64,000 bases of DNA, from contig NMRA01000270.1 of assembly GCA_002633005.1 (NCBI GenBank), positions 208,345-272,344 of the forward strand, in the 5' to 3' direction. Shown piece after piece: positions 1 through 12,446 of this stretch. The notes under the pieces were generated by a model. That model was not told the DNA's origin, did not search any database, and was given only the letters and a program-made list of their open reading frames with translations. Each line of letters starts with the position of its first letter. Position 1 is the first letter of the stretch. Source of the DNA: Phoronis australis. Taxonomy: Eukaryota; Animalia; Phoronida. A program made the position numbers and the translations under genes.

Positions 1-1934
1 GTTTTTGGGTATAAAATGAGGGAAACGTAGTGTGACAGCAACAAAATGAATCAGATATTTATGGTGTTTGATTATTACGTAATGGTATCAATTGCCACAT
101 GAGTGTGTAATTAAAGAGCAAAGCTATCATACTACTCAGTATGTCTACACAGCATTATTCTCGACTCGCATGAAAAGGTATCAAGCGCGGCAGCCTTTCG
201 CCCCACGGTTTGGCGATAGACTATTGCCAAGGAAGATAAAGCGCACACATGAATTTTGTAAGACTTGCCCAGCAAACTGGTTGAAAGATCCATTTGTTAA
301 ATACGTGTTTTTGTAGTGTACATTGGTTTCACAGTCAGTATCCTAAATTTAATGCAGCTTTCTTCCCCAACGTATAAATCTTGACTTGTCAACGAAAACA
401 TATGAGAAATGGAGTATTTTCTGCATTCATTTTCCACTGCGTAATTTTGTTTTTGTGAACTTTAGAAAGTGAAAAATATCATTAACTTGAAAGCAGAGTC
501 AGAAAAAGTAATTTTCCAACGCAGCGGTGCTAAGGAATTCATTGAAAATCGAAATACTCTTGCAGCACATACATTTGATTCTGCCTTGAGCCGTTAAGCC
601 ATGGATTATAGGTTTTCCTAAAATTGGGAGTTCAAACGTTTCACTTTCTCCACAAATAATTTTCCTTCCTGTGCAAAAAATCTAGGACGTGCGTGAACTC
701 ACATTTTCCAGTTTATTTCAGTGTCATAAAATGAGTGTGATTTATAAACTGGTAGTTAATTTCCGCCAATTTCCTGCCCATACTGAGTCAACACTGTTCC
801 CAGTCTACAGTGCTTCGACACAATAGTATCGCATGCAGTCATCGTTCGTATGCTAGTAAGGTATGATAATCATATGTCATTATAATAGCAGCGTGCCTGG
901 TCAATAACGCGTCTTGTTCACCTCCAACGCCGCCACACCCTGGAGGCCATACTGAGCGCGTGTACTAAACTACGAGTTAGAAAAAACAACTACAACAAAA
1001 TATTCACTGTTCAAATTAATAATTTGGGCGTCCATAATCTGGAAAGCAGTGAGTTGAGTAAAAGACGTTATTTGAAGCCTCGTTTCAATTGAAATTGTCG
1101 CGGTAAAACTGCTCTGGCGACGTTCGAATATTACGGAGATTAATTCTGAAGCGTGAAAGGCAAACTGAATCGACAAGAGAATCGGGGAAGCAACTATCAA
1201 CTAAACAAAGCGTGAAATTCAAGAGTCTGTACGTCTGTTAAATCTTGTGAAAAATCGATTTTTAGTACACATGTACGATAGTGTAGGGGCTGAGCAAAAA
1301 AAGCACAGTCTCTGGAAAGCTAAAGACCGCGTAGATAGGCTAAGTTACTTTTGTGGAACAGTGGTACACCATGTTCGCGCAAAAGCTTTCAATCATGAAG
1401 TCAGGCTCTACTTCCGTTTGCAGTCTTACCACCAGCGAATATGACAATTCGTGGAATTCAACACTATCTATGTAAGCACCTCTAAGGTTCATGCAAATCT
1501 GGGTATTCATTATATCACGGGTTTGGTGTCTTCTGGTCCAGGACAGGGGACCGTAGCTGGATTCTAGAGGTGCTATCGTGGAATCGTTTCCACCCCTTGG
1601 TATGTAAGCAGCGAAATCATTACGGCAGACAGTTGTTCAGCCAATTAGTAATAGGCAATGTGATTTCTAGATGCATGGGGTGATGTCTTGTGAATTGAGT
1701 GTCATTATGTAGAACCTTTCATACTAACTTGACTCCGGTATTAATGGAGCGTGGATGTAAACTGTGAAGTGAATTGAACAGTTCATACCAGCTTCGGTCT
1801 CGAAGTAAACGATAGGTGACGCTGTCGTCATCGAAGTCATCGCAAGGTAGAACTGGTGCATGCCATGCACGCAAAGATTTTTTAAGAGACAATTTGAGAA
1901 CATTTACATCTGGTAATTGACATAAAATTTATTT

Positions 1935-2252
1935 ATGGCAAACAGTCTGGTCAGCACGCCACCTGTGGCCCCATCACGAGACCTAATGAATGAGTCAGGA
2001 AAGATTTCTGACCCAACCGGGACTCGAACCCGGGACCTTCTGCTAACCATGTTTCCACGCCGGTTGAAGAATTGCATATTTATATACACTCAGGAGTTCA
2101 AGGGCGAGATGCCCACTACTAAGTCTGGTCCTGGTGGCTCAGTCGACTAGAACAGTGCACGGTTCGAGCGGTCGGGGCATAAATCTTTTCAGGTCTCATG
2201 ATGCGGCCACAGGTGGCGTGCTGATCAGACTCATTTCAAAATTTTTGCTAAT
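1935..2252. mobile_element. Palindromic element built from two outward-facing tRNA-like (SINE-like) units, copy 1
   Basis: Inverted arms agtctggtcagcacgccacctgtggccccatca / tgatgcggccacaggtggcgtgctgatcagact; B-box GGTTCGAGTCCC on minus (~2020-2031) and A-box/B-box TGGCTCAGTCG..GGTTCGAG on plus (~2135-2168). Confidence 0.7.
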
Positions 2253-2415
2253 ATTCATTTCCACTCCGGTTTAGGAATTAGGCTACGTAATCAAATAAAA
2301 CTTATACTAGTGGTGATTATTCGAGCAAGCTATTAGCGCGTGGACCGTTCATACCGTACCGCAGCGTTGACGAACAGATGTTAAAACCGTCCGTTTGCTA
2401 CGAATGGCGCTGTTG

Positions 2416-2581
2416 AAGATGGTCTATGTCTCATTAAAACCGTCAATATTCAACTTGAATCGGTAGATAAATTAATGACTTCCTGATTATACTTGTACAC
2501 ACAATTTTCCAGGAAGTCACCAGGTGACGCTTGCTACAAATTTGCCGGAATATTCACATTTTAAATGAGACATAGCATCTT
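2416..2581. mobile_element. Short MITE-like inverted-repeat element
   Basis: Termini aagatg..ctatgtctcattaaaa / ttttaaatgagacatagcatctt. Confidence 0.5.
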
Positions 2582-3775
2582 AAACTTCGATCCAGGAGCG
2601 AAGTTTACCGTTCAAGAAGTGACTGAAACTCGTCAAAATATCGACGTCGATGACGAGTCGACGTTGTTAGTATGAAAGAGTCTTGTTATTCACTAAACCC
2701 GATCCTCTCAGATTAACATGAGGTTGTTGAACCGAGAACGATAGCTTGGTTTTTTCATAACATTTATCGTAATGATTATTCTCAGTTTTCCATGAAGACC
2801 AATTTCCGTGGAAAGTGGCGAGTTCCGTTAATCATACCAGTTAGTTTCGTTTACCATCAAAGAGCAAGCTTATTATTTTAAATATCTTTCAAAAGAGACA
2901 CGTAGGTCTATTTAGACTATTTTCACTGCATGCGTCCAATTTGTCCGACTACAACAACAATCGCTGATGAAAAATTCAGTGAGCTGACAAGAACGCTATC
3001 AAATCAATGACAATTTTAATTAAAATAGTTGAGGAGTATTGCATAGTGCCGATGGGCTGCGGCTAGGGCCAACAGGGGCATGGAGAAGGCAATTAATAAG
3101 AACAGGCGGCTCCCTGGAGCCACTCGGGTGTAGTGCCCAATTCAACCGCCATGGCCGCAAGTGGTGGATTACTAAGCGAAAGAGGATGGCGAAGGTCGGG
3201 GTTGGCCGGTGATCGCAGGAATTTCTAATTTTTTGGGAGGACCTTAAGCGAACAAACAAAATCTAGAACATTCTATTCTTTTGGAAAGGACAAAAGAATC
3301 CATTGTATAGGGCGGCTGACGGTTTCGGCATTGATTTGATAATGGAAATTAAGTCCTGACACGGTTTATGAGCTTTAAAAGTGGCTAATTCATTTGTTGT
3401 TTTTGGCAACTAAACACTGTGGAGATTCAGTTTTGCATTTTGCATCTGCTTTTCTTTATATAGAGGTTGCTGTCACGAATCACCTCTGAAATAGGCCCTA
3501 AGCGGTTGTTCTGTGCATGTCTCTTTGTGCGCCGCTGCTGAACAAAAAAAAATCACTTGGCTCGCGCAAACAACTACGGCGACAATTTTCCGATGATTGG
3601 GCAACCCTACCTGCAGGTTTCCCGCCTTCTTAATTGCAACAAGATGCGCAACTCTATAAGTGGATATAGGAATGACCGCCAACAGTGGACCATAACAACT
3701 ACTCGAAAGCTCGTTCATAGACTGACTTCATAAAAGCCGATAGTCTTAGTTTTACTGTTTACCTCAAAATGTATC

Positions 3776-3910
3776 CAAGGGCAGATCCAGGATTTTGAGT
3801 CAGGCAGGCCAGGGCAGACTACTAGCTAGGGTTTCGCTCGTCAGACATTCGCACCCCAGAACAGCCAAATGGAATATGGGAGAAATTCAGGAGGGGCCAT
3901 GCCCCCCCNG
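3776..3910 (-). mobile_element. MITE family A copy (CAGTGGCG/CAGGGGC-type TIR), truncated, reverse orientation
   Basis: caagggcagatccaggattttgag... is the reverse complement of the right end shared with 16469-16624 and 31403-31547. Confidence 0.65.
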
Positions 3911-5696
3911 TAACTGTTTTCACCATTCAAAAATAAAGGTTTTTGTTTGAACTTCACTTGATGTTTCCTAAAATAACCACGGATTTATTTTGCAAGAGTA
4001 AATCTCAGCCACACAGAGAAACAACTTACGACTAATAGCCAGGACAGAACACTGGAACAATAACAGACAATTTGCAAGCCCTTTGGTTTTTTGTTAATAC
4101 AATATTTTGACTCTCCATTTTTCAGTGCGAGTCCCATCACCTGTCAGTTATGGCATAAGCTAAGTTGCCCACTGAAAAGCTAGTCCTCTCATCTGCTGTC
4201 ACCACTTATGAGAAGATACAGTCACTTTCATTGATCGAAAAATATTAAAACAGAAATATTTAGCTAAGCATAACTTAACCCTGTATTTGTGTTTCTTACC
4301 ATCAAATTTCCGAGTCTTTGAAAACTGAGGAGAGTCCAGTTTGACTCTTTTTCCAGTGCTGAGGTCTACATGAAACTGATGAGTTTAAATACAGCAGAGC
4401 AGTTGTATACAATACAGTACAACACAATACAACACCATACAAATTATGACGAAAACCATTTGTGAATCACACCACCCTTTAATTGAGAACAAGTGTTGCA
4501 AAGAATATCCCTATATTTCAATACAGATGTTGCCGACTGAAAAACATCAGCTCGTAGCAATTAAGTCAAGGCCGTGAAGCAAGGGCCGGGGGCTGCACGT
4601 GCACATTAAGTTGCAGGGGTCAAGGTGAAACTGTGGAAACCGGCAGGCACTCAAGGGCCGGGAGCAGTCGAGAAATGAAAGCAAGCGAAACATGTTTAAA
4701 TTAAGAGAGGAAATCAGAGAACATTTGTAAACTTTCAGTGCTGAATTTGAACTTTGTGAGCCATGACCTGGACATTTTTGTTAAGGGGTTCCAGTTTTCA
4801 GTTTAGTCGGATCGCCTAAACGCTCTTGAAGATATTTCTTAATCGTTGGCACGAGAAATTTTCTTTAGCACAAATTTAAATAGCAAATCAACTGGATAGA
4901 TTTATTCAAGAATAAAATTTTAGGAATGCAAAACTGTATTTCTCTAAGCCTCCTCTCTTGATATAAATTTGGAATTTGGCGGATAGTATCAATTGCTGCT
5001 CATTTGGCGTTTTTGAAATTATATATCATTTCAAAGTGGGTTTCCCGCCCTTGAAGGTGCCAGTAACTTATGGCATCCACGCCGGTTACCCTTTTCCTGT
5101 TTCTATTCATATACTCTCTTCTTACCAGAGCTCACAGAGATGAGAACCCGTTGGTGGAACCTCTTTTCATGTTTTTTTTGTGAAATTACAGAACCTTTTA
5201 TACTAAATAAGGTCACTTCTTGGAAAGTCACAGATGACAAAATTAACTACCATTCTTTTCCAGACACTTTCAGACAACTTCTGGAGAAGGCCTGGTGAAA
5301 TTGCCTCTATTAATATGAGGATGCGTTCCCCCGTTGACACGAGAATCTCACGAAAACGCAAGATCACGGGAGATAACGCCGTGTTAGGCGAGACCAGGGT
5401 TTCCGTCTAGAATCTTATAATTAGGCAAAGTGAACAAAACAATTCCTTTTTAAGCTCTGCACCCTAGCTACCCACAGATATTGGGGATAATCTGAGAAGT
5501 TTATAAAACGAGAAGTATCAGTTTTGGCACATAACTTTGTCTCAGTAAAGATGGTGACATTTCATTTTACCATAATTAACATGCATATTGAAACAAGGTG
5601 ACTGGTGATTGGTTATTTTATTATACATCAATGTTGCACAAAAACAAGTCCTGGATGTCACTGCAGCACTATACCTGGCAATAGTGCAGATATGCT

Positions 5697-5797
5697 CAGT
5701 GGCCGATTTAGTTGGGGGGTGAGAATGTCTGATGGGCAAAATCCTGGCTAATACTCTGCTCTGGCTCCTCTAACTCAAAATTGTGGATCTGCCCCTA
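5697..5797 (+). mobile_element. MITE family A copy, internally deleted, ~90 bp beyond the COQ3 stop (probable 3'UTR)
   Basis: cagtggccgattta...gggcaaaatcctggctaatactctgc...aactcaaaattgtggatctgcccct matches the other family A copies. Confidence 0.65.
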
Positions 5798-5888
5798 ATA
5801 CATGTGACTTTAACAGGTGTCTTCTTAACACAGCACAAACAGTTCAATGAGCACAATAGGTCTGCTAACAGTGAAGCACACATGGTGT

Positions 5889-8800
5889 TCATGTCTTCAC
5901 AGCATGCAGGGCATAGTTTATTTCAGTCCTCTGAGCCCAGCTCCACCTGTAGGATATGGGGTTCATCCACAGTCCATGGATGAGCAACGTGGAACAACCA
6001 TCTGAAACAAAGAGCTTTACGGTCAGTGCCCTCACCACTAGTCACTTACAGGGATCCCCCATTTTGTGAATCAGCCTCATGCCTGTTGTTGAGTGGAGGA
6101 AACTGGTTCTCAAAATGTGAAACCAGTGTGACATATTACCATGCCTTCATCATGACAATGAGCAACTCTATATCCACTAGGTGGCACCAATAAAGGTCCC
6201 ACTTTTAGACATAGGAAAATATCGGTAGCAGAGAGCAGTTCACCAGCACAGGGGTGTTCATGTTATAAGGGTGCTGTATAGATGCATGTGGAGCTTGCCT
6301 GGCTCATTTAAATTCCATCTACACACTGTGCTCATTTAGCCTGAACAACTGTTGCAAGAAACAAGTGCCAGTACACATGCACTTCTTTGTCTTACCAAAG
6401 CACTACAGACTGTCTGCTTTAATATCTTCGAGGTGCTTCAGTTTAACCCAACATACCCTTGTCACCAGCACACGCCACAATTGACCTATCGCAAGCTCCG
6501 CCCCCCTGGGAAAAGTCACGCGACACCCGACAAACAAACGTGTTGTTTGTCGTGAAAAATGGCGGCTTAGAAATGAAGGCATGTCTAGAATGCTGCGTTC
6601 TGATTGGACAGTTAAGCCATCACTCAAAATCCTGGTGATGGGTCAATTACGTGGGACCAAGAACTTAATGTACTAAAGAAGCATGCTGTCAAAAATAATA
6701 TATCTAGTATTCAGCTTAACTAGTTCCATTCGATAACAGCATATTGAATTCATTACCCAACACTACACAGCAGGCGGAGAAGCTAAGGCCTTGTCGTTTT
6801 GCACCAGTTAAAGATCAATTCATAATGCCAAAGCTCTCATGGACACATTTTCGAACTATACAGTAGTTTTATTTAATAACTGTTGATTTTTTGAAGAAAT
6901 AACGATATGTCAGTTCTTCTCAAACATAGAAATCACTTCTAATCAGAGTAAGGAGCAACGTGAGAATAATTTTATAATGGTTGGTAAACTAATTCAAAAC
7001 GCTGGGTTTTTGAAATAAGGTGTGGGTCTATTGCACCATTAAAAGGATATTTGGAGACCTGTGACCCTTAGTAACAACTGTATACACCAATCAAAAATTA
7101 CTGAACATGATTCAAAATCATTACCAAACACTTTTGGTGATATGGAGGAAAACATCACATTCTCGCCGTAAAAGACTAATAACTGTCTTTACACATTTCC
7201 AAAGCTCAATGGCACTTTTGCAAAGTAACAAGGGAGACTTACTTTTCTCAAGTAATAGTTTCAGATCTTGTGGGCTAATAAACTTGTCATGATCATGTGT
7301 ACCTGGCGGCACAATACCGGCCACCCTCTCTGCTGCTACCACTGCTAGAGCATAGGAGATCAAGGTCTTGTTTAGGGTGGTGAAAAACAACGAACCTCCA
7401 GGCTGAAATGGAAAACAGTTTACAGCCCTTTAGAATCATTTCTTAGGCTGCAATCGAATTTAATCAAAAAATGATTTCTGTTTGATCAATCAAGCACTTG
7501 AACTGCACTGATCTTTCCTCTAAGTGTTAAAGTTAGCCTAGTGTGTCAATAATATGCATAGGAATAAAAAATATTGTAATAGAGACAACGCTCATAACAC
7601 AGTAAATGATAAGAACAGTACAGCTAGTGTTTGAAAAGCATGGCAGATGGCAATCATAACACAGTGAATGATAAGACAAGTACAGCTAGTGTTTCAACAT
7701 TGTACAAAAGATGGCACTCACAACACAGCGAATGATTACGGAATTACAGCTTGTGTTTCAGTATTGTACAAAAGGTGGCGCTCACAACACAGTGAATGAT
7801 TAGAGAAGTAAAGTTTGGGTTTGAATATCATACAAGAGATGGCCCTCATAACACATTGAATGATAAGAAAAGTACAGTTTGTGTTTGAATATCGTGCAAG
7901 AGACAACCCTCATAACACAATACATGCCATACTTGTATGGTTTGTCTGCCAACACTCTAAGCAAGATGGCCTAAACTGAAAGCATCTCACACCAATGTAC
8001 TTCACAAATCGTTGACAAAAACACTCAATAACAGACACAAATGTTCTGAGTTTGTGAATACACGAGTACCTTGACCAGCTTGCAACAAGCTTCAATAAAC
8101 GCCCCTTTGTGAGTGACATGTTCAATTACTTCCGAAGCCACAAGGGCATCAAAGTGACCATGCCTCGAAGAAACAAGATCTTCAACATCGCATTGTTCAT
8201 ACTGCAAGTTGTCACCTGCCAAAGATAAACGCCATTAGTTATGCCATACACCAAGCAAGTATCGCAGCAATACAACAGAATACTTTAAAGTATAAGTAGG
8301 AAAACCCGATGAAATGCAACCGCAATGATTGTCGCTGAGTTGCCAAACCAATTCCTTAGAAAACTACCTTTCACATACCTGCGTAGCTTTTGAATATAGA
8401 GGGAATTAAAGAACTTCGCTAAAATTGATGTGGGTATATTTTCCATGCAGTGACGCACAGGTTTCCAAATGAGTTGGTCATGCACGGACCAGAACCAATT
8501 GTGTTAGTTTATTTGAGCCTTAACAAAAGCTTTCGTTTAGGCTCCCAAGGTCAGAATGGATTTGTACTTTGAACATAGGTTAGCGAAGAGACTTCCTGCT
8601 TCACTTAATTCAGCCATATTGGTGGATAAACGCCTTGACATAACACCAAAGACAGTTTTAGAGTGTATCAACACTCTTTCCCATCTGTCTGCGTACCTAA
8701 TGAGTTGTCTCTCCTTTTATGTTGCTTAGCAACAGTTATGGCTTCAGCATTAGCATCTAACCCAGTAACGTTGGCACCCAGTCTAGCAAGAGGCTGCAAA

Positions 8801-9970
8801 AAAGAAAAGGTGAAAATGTCAATTTTCTCTACTCCTTAACTATCTCATGCACTGCTACAAGGCTATGTTTATTGAAGTATGGAGGGTCTCAAATCATTAC
8901 TGCATCAGTAAACATTGAAATAAAACAAAGAACACATGGATACTCAACATGTGGGAAATTCAGAATCCTCAAAAGTCCGAGTGATTTCTAAAAGCGCCAA
9001 TAAGCCTGAGCCATCTTCTATTAAGAACCAACTAACTGTTACAAAAAGTCAGACATGTCTTGTTTATTGCTATAATTTGAAATGGTTTGTAGTCCTCAGA
9101 ATTCGCTTATGACAGAAGGTTAGTTTTAGTCATCAAGGCAGTAAGGCTGTCAGGGAAGTCCAGAAAAATTATTGTAGCTAATTTAAATTCAAACAAACAA
9201 GGAGAATGTTGAGATGTTGAAGAAAGCAACTATGCCTGTAAACTTAGTTGATGTTTTTAACACCAGGATATGGTACTTAGCGGCTTGAAGACGACAATTA
9301 CAGCAAATATCACCCTATACAGTACAGACACTGTCCAAGAGATATGGAACGTGCACCTTCAAATCACTGTAATTTAAAATTGATAAGTTCACCCCAGGCA
9401 AACATAGGAGTACAGTCTATTGCAATATCTTGTGGATGGTACCCGTACCCTCTGGAATGATATCTGTTGTAGTTGTCATCTTCAAGCCCCTAAAAACCAT
9501 GTTCTGGTGTTACAGGGTCTCGCATTTTGAGAACCAGTTTGCTGCCAGTTGTTCGGTAGAGAAAGCTGGTTCTCAAAATGTGGGACCCCAGTAAGTAACT
9601 GTTACAATATTTTCTACCTCTGTTGAAATCTGACACAACACCAAACACCAATAATACAAGTGCAACATGTACCTCTGTTAAAATCCCCCCACCGCAACCA
9701 ACATCAATAATATTCAAGGATCTCAAAGGCTGGCTTGTGTCTCTTGACTTCAGTTGCGTGCTCATTGTGTCTCTGATCCAGGGTACTCTCAGCTGATTAA
9801 AGGTGTGTAGTGAGGCCAGTTCACCTTGCTCATTCCACCAGGTATGCGCCAGTCTGTTGAAGACGTTCATTTCATGGTCATCTATAGTGCCTTTGCTTGT
9901 CTGAGTCGTATCGCCACTTGTAGAACTTGTAGACCTTGCAGGAGTACTCAGAACAATTGACTGACAGGGA
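5889..9970 (-). CDS. COQ3: Ubiquinone biosynthesis O-methyltransferase COQ3 (spliced; 5' exon(s) unresolved)
   Basis: Exons on minus strand: 9970-9673, 8793-8697, 8215-8070, 7402-7243, 6001-5889 (TGA), all GT-AG with matching phases. Translation has UbiG/COQ3 motifs: TIDDHE..F..LA..WW...G.[86 protein letters not shown], G...NP....W.W....INYALHAVK. The acceptor at 9970 is the best guess; 9960 is an alternative. Confidence 0.95.
6046..6130. mobile_element. ~80-bp hairpin MITE (family C) in the last COQ3 intron
   Basis: cattttgtgaatcag...ctggttctcaaaatg inverted arms; homologous to 9510-9595. Confidence 0.55.
7590..7920. repeat. Degenerate ~62-bp minisatellite, ~5.5 units, in a COQ3 intron
   Basis: Recurring ctcataacacagtgaatgataag...gtacag.t.gtgttt unit. 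Confidence 0.8.
9510..9595. mobile_element. ~85-bp hairpin MITE (family C) in a COQ3 intron
   Basis: gggtctcgcattttgagaaccagttt / aagctggttctcaaaatgtgggaccc inverted arms. Confidence 0.6.
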
Positions 9971-10422
9971 CTGTAATGAAGGAGATTAGATTTAGGCAAG
10001 TTACATACGTCTTACTAGAGACAGTACCGGTAAGTGAGTTCATGAACAAAACTGCAAATATCAACATACTGGGTTCAAAGGGTATAATTTTGCAAGTTGT
10101 GTCAAAATCAACACTTGTCCAGGTTCCAAACCTTACGACAACCTTTAAGACGAGCATGGACATTTAAAAAATGGGAATTTTGAGAAATTAAGGGAAGATT
10201 TACAAATTGGGTGTTCACCTGGGCTGGATTGCATCAAACTTCAACGTTATCCATTGGATAAGTTTGATTGTAGCATGACGTCAGGTGCATTGGTCAACAA
10301 TAACAATGTGCCGTGTGATAACGCGACGTCATTGTTGGTATGCGGCGTATAACTTTTATGCAACTGGGCCCAGAAGGTTCGATTCGCATACAAGAAAAGT
10401 CTTCATCAGTTTTAGTGCTGTA

Positions 10423-10749
10423 ATCGCAAACATTTTCAACTCTGGTCTGCCCGCCACCGGTTGGCCACATCATGTAACCTAATGAACACAAGTCTGAAAA
10501 TATTTCTGCCACGACCAGCACTCGAACCCAGGGCCTTCAGTTAACTGTTCAGACACTCTAGTCCACTGTGCCATCGGGATCACTGATTGAACGGTGGCCC
10601 TGACGGATCAATACTAGACGGTCTGCACGGTTAGCAGAAGGTCCCCAGGGTACGAGTCCCAGTCAGGGCAGAAATCTTTTCAGACTTATGTTCATCTGGT
10701 CAAATGATGTGGCCATTGCCTACAGACCAGGCTTAAACATGTTTGCGAT
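10423..10749. mobile_element. Palindromic element built from two outward-facing tRNA-like units, copy 2
   Basis: Inverted termini atcgcaaacat...ctggtctg / cagaccag...atgtttgcgat; each half has a degenerate tRNA head (A box, stem tctgc-acggtta-gcaga on the right half, B box) followed by the same gcagaaat.ttttcagactt.tgttcat body; homologous to 1935-2252. Confidence 0.75.
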
Positions 10750-11812
10750 GTATTTCCATGCTGGTTCAATTCATATATACAGTGCGATAATATGACATAT
10801 TGAACCTTGTCCTATACACAGTACATTCTTTATCGTCTACTGCTTATAGGATATCTATAATAATTCATAATTTACAGAAAAATAACAAAACAACAAGCAA
10901 CCAGTGCTTTACGAATTTGTCTTTTTTAAATGCTAAAGTGATGACGTTGCAGCCCAAAACTGATGCCTACGCCAAACTACTGTTGGCACACTTCAATTTG
11001 GCACGGGATCGATGCCTGCCCCAATTTATGGGGAAAGTGTCCTGAGACCCGGCACCCCACAGTCATTGTCATCAACTTAGGTTTTGATATGGGTAAAAAA
11101 ACATTCGATCATCACTGGCAGTAACACATTGGCGGCGCAGCACTGAAAAAAGTGGGCAGGGCTATAGCCCCCAGCCCCCCTGTGGTCCACCGCCCCCCCT
11201 CCCAGCCCCCTACGGTGCGCGCAGGGAACTTAGGTAGATTCATGAGTAAAGCGCAAGCAACAGTTTTGATCAGCAAGTCACGCCAAACTGAAGTGTGCCA
11301 AATGAGTTTGACACGGGCATCAGTTTGTTTGGACTGCAACAATGACACCTATCAGCCAATAATCAGGACTGGTTACCTCGCATGACTTCCCAAATCGGGA
11401 AGTCGGCAATGAGGCAGGAACAGAATGATGAATACCCCCCCCCCCACCCCTCCAGCTGAAAGCTAAGCATAAAGTCGTTTCTATACACACCATTGCATAA
11501 AACATGCTTTATGAACGGCTACTTCCGAAAAAAACCTCGTGAAACGGCGGCAGAGCATAGTAGGCCCTACTACAAAAAAGACAGCGAACCACTACCAAAT
11601 GCCGAAATGTGTTTATTAGCTCACCCGACAGGTGGCGATGTTTTCATTCCTGTAGCATTGTGGGATATTTATCTACCGCCATGTTGCAGAGGAGAGAGTA
11701 GGCCGAAGTTTTCGCAAAGCAAGTTTGTTTTGTAAAAGATCAGTTAATTATCAGAGCCTATGTACGATTTCATTGTTTTTTATGTAGCTTATGTATCAAA
11801 ATTTTGACTAAC

Positions 11813-11937
11813 CGTGTTGTATTTTGTATGTGTCGTCGAAGGATTAATTGAGTTTGGAGAAGCTTTCCCGACTTTCCCGTGCCGTGGCCGAACAAAATCG
11901 GGCACGCCGTCACGTATTCTTGCTCTGAGATGCAAAG
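11813..11937 (-). CDS. Candidate upstream COQ3 exon (N-terminal/transit-peptide region)
   Basis: Bounded on minus by tttttacAG and GTtagt; open frame LCISEQEYVTACPILFGHGTGKSGKLLQTQLILRRHIQNTT ends in phase 2, matching the 9970 acceptor. No homology recognised and no start codon found. Confidence 0.3.
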
Positions 11938-12446
11938 CTGTAAAAATATCCAGCTTTAGACCGATGTGGGTACAAAAGTGGCGCAATTTAATCTGACTTG
12001 AAATTTATTTTAGTATAAACTGCACTGGTGTCTGTATTCTACATTCTCCCAAATTTGTGGAGGGAATTAGACAGCGGTGCCGTGGCGGTGAAAGTCGTGA
12101 ATATAAGCTGCTATAAAAAAGCAGCTGATTGTCATACTACCCAATGTCCGTTAGTAGCTGCTATGTGATGTCATGGACATATATCAGCATTCACAAATAT
12201 GTGTGTTTTTTCCAATCTTAACCCTTGTTTGTCTCTAAGTAGCCTTGGTACAAAGCTGTATACTAAATATATAGCTTTGCACTGATATGTGTAAAAAAGT
12301 GGTAAGATAAAGTTTGACACAAAATTACTGTCATTAAAAACTAAATTATTTTACGGTGTTGGAAAAAATAGCGTTCTACCGTTATTCTGCTGCTAAATTT
12401 GTAGACGGATCTTTAGCGACGGCTTTCGCCGCCATGAAATATTGCG

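Noticed and set aside
3030-3250. GC-rich patch as an RNA gene or exon
   Set aside because: No recognisable rRNA/snRNA motif, splice signals or protein similarity.
10595-10670. Genuine tRNA gene
   Set aside because: A and B boxes are degenerate and the unit is embedded in a repeat present as four arms in the window; SINE-like rather than a functional tRNA.
12382-12435. COQ3 start codon (ATGGCGGCG, minus strand)
   Set aside because: In-frame TAA after 17 codons with no convincing donor before it; the ATG near 11682 also stops after 12 codons.
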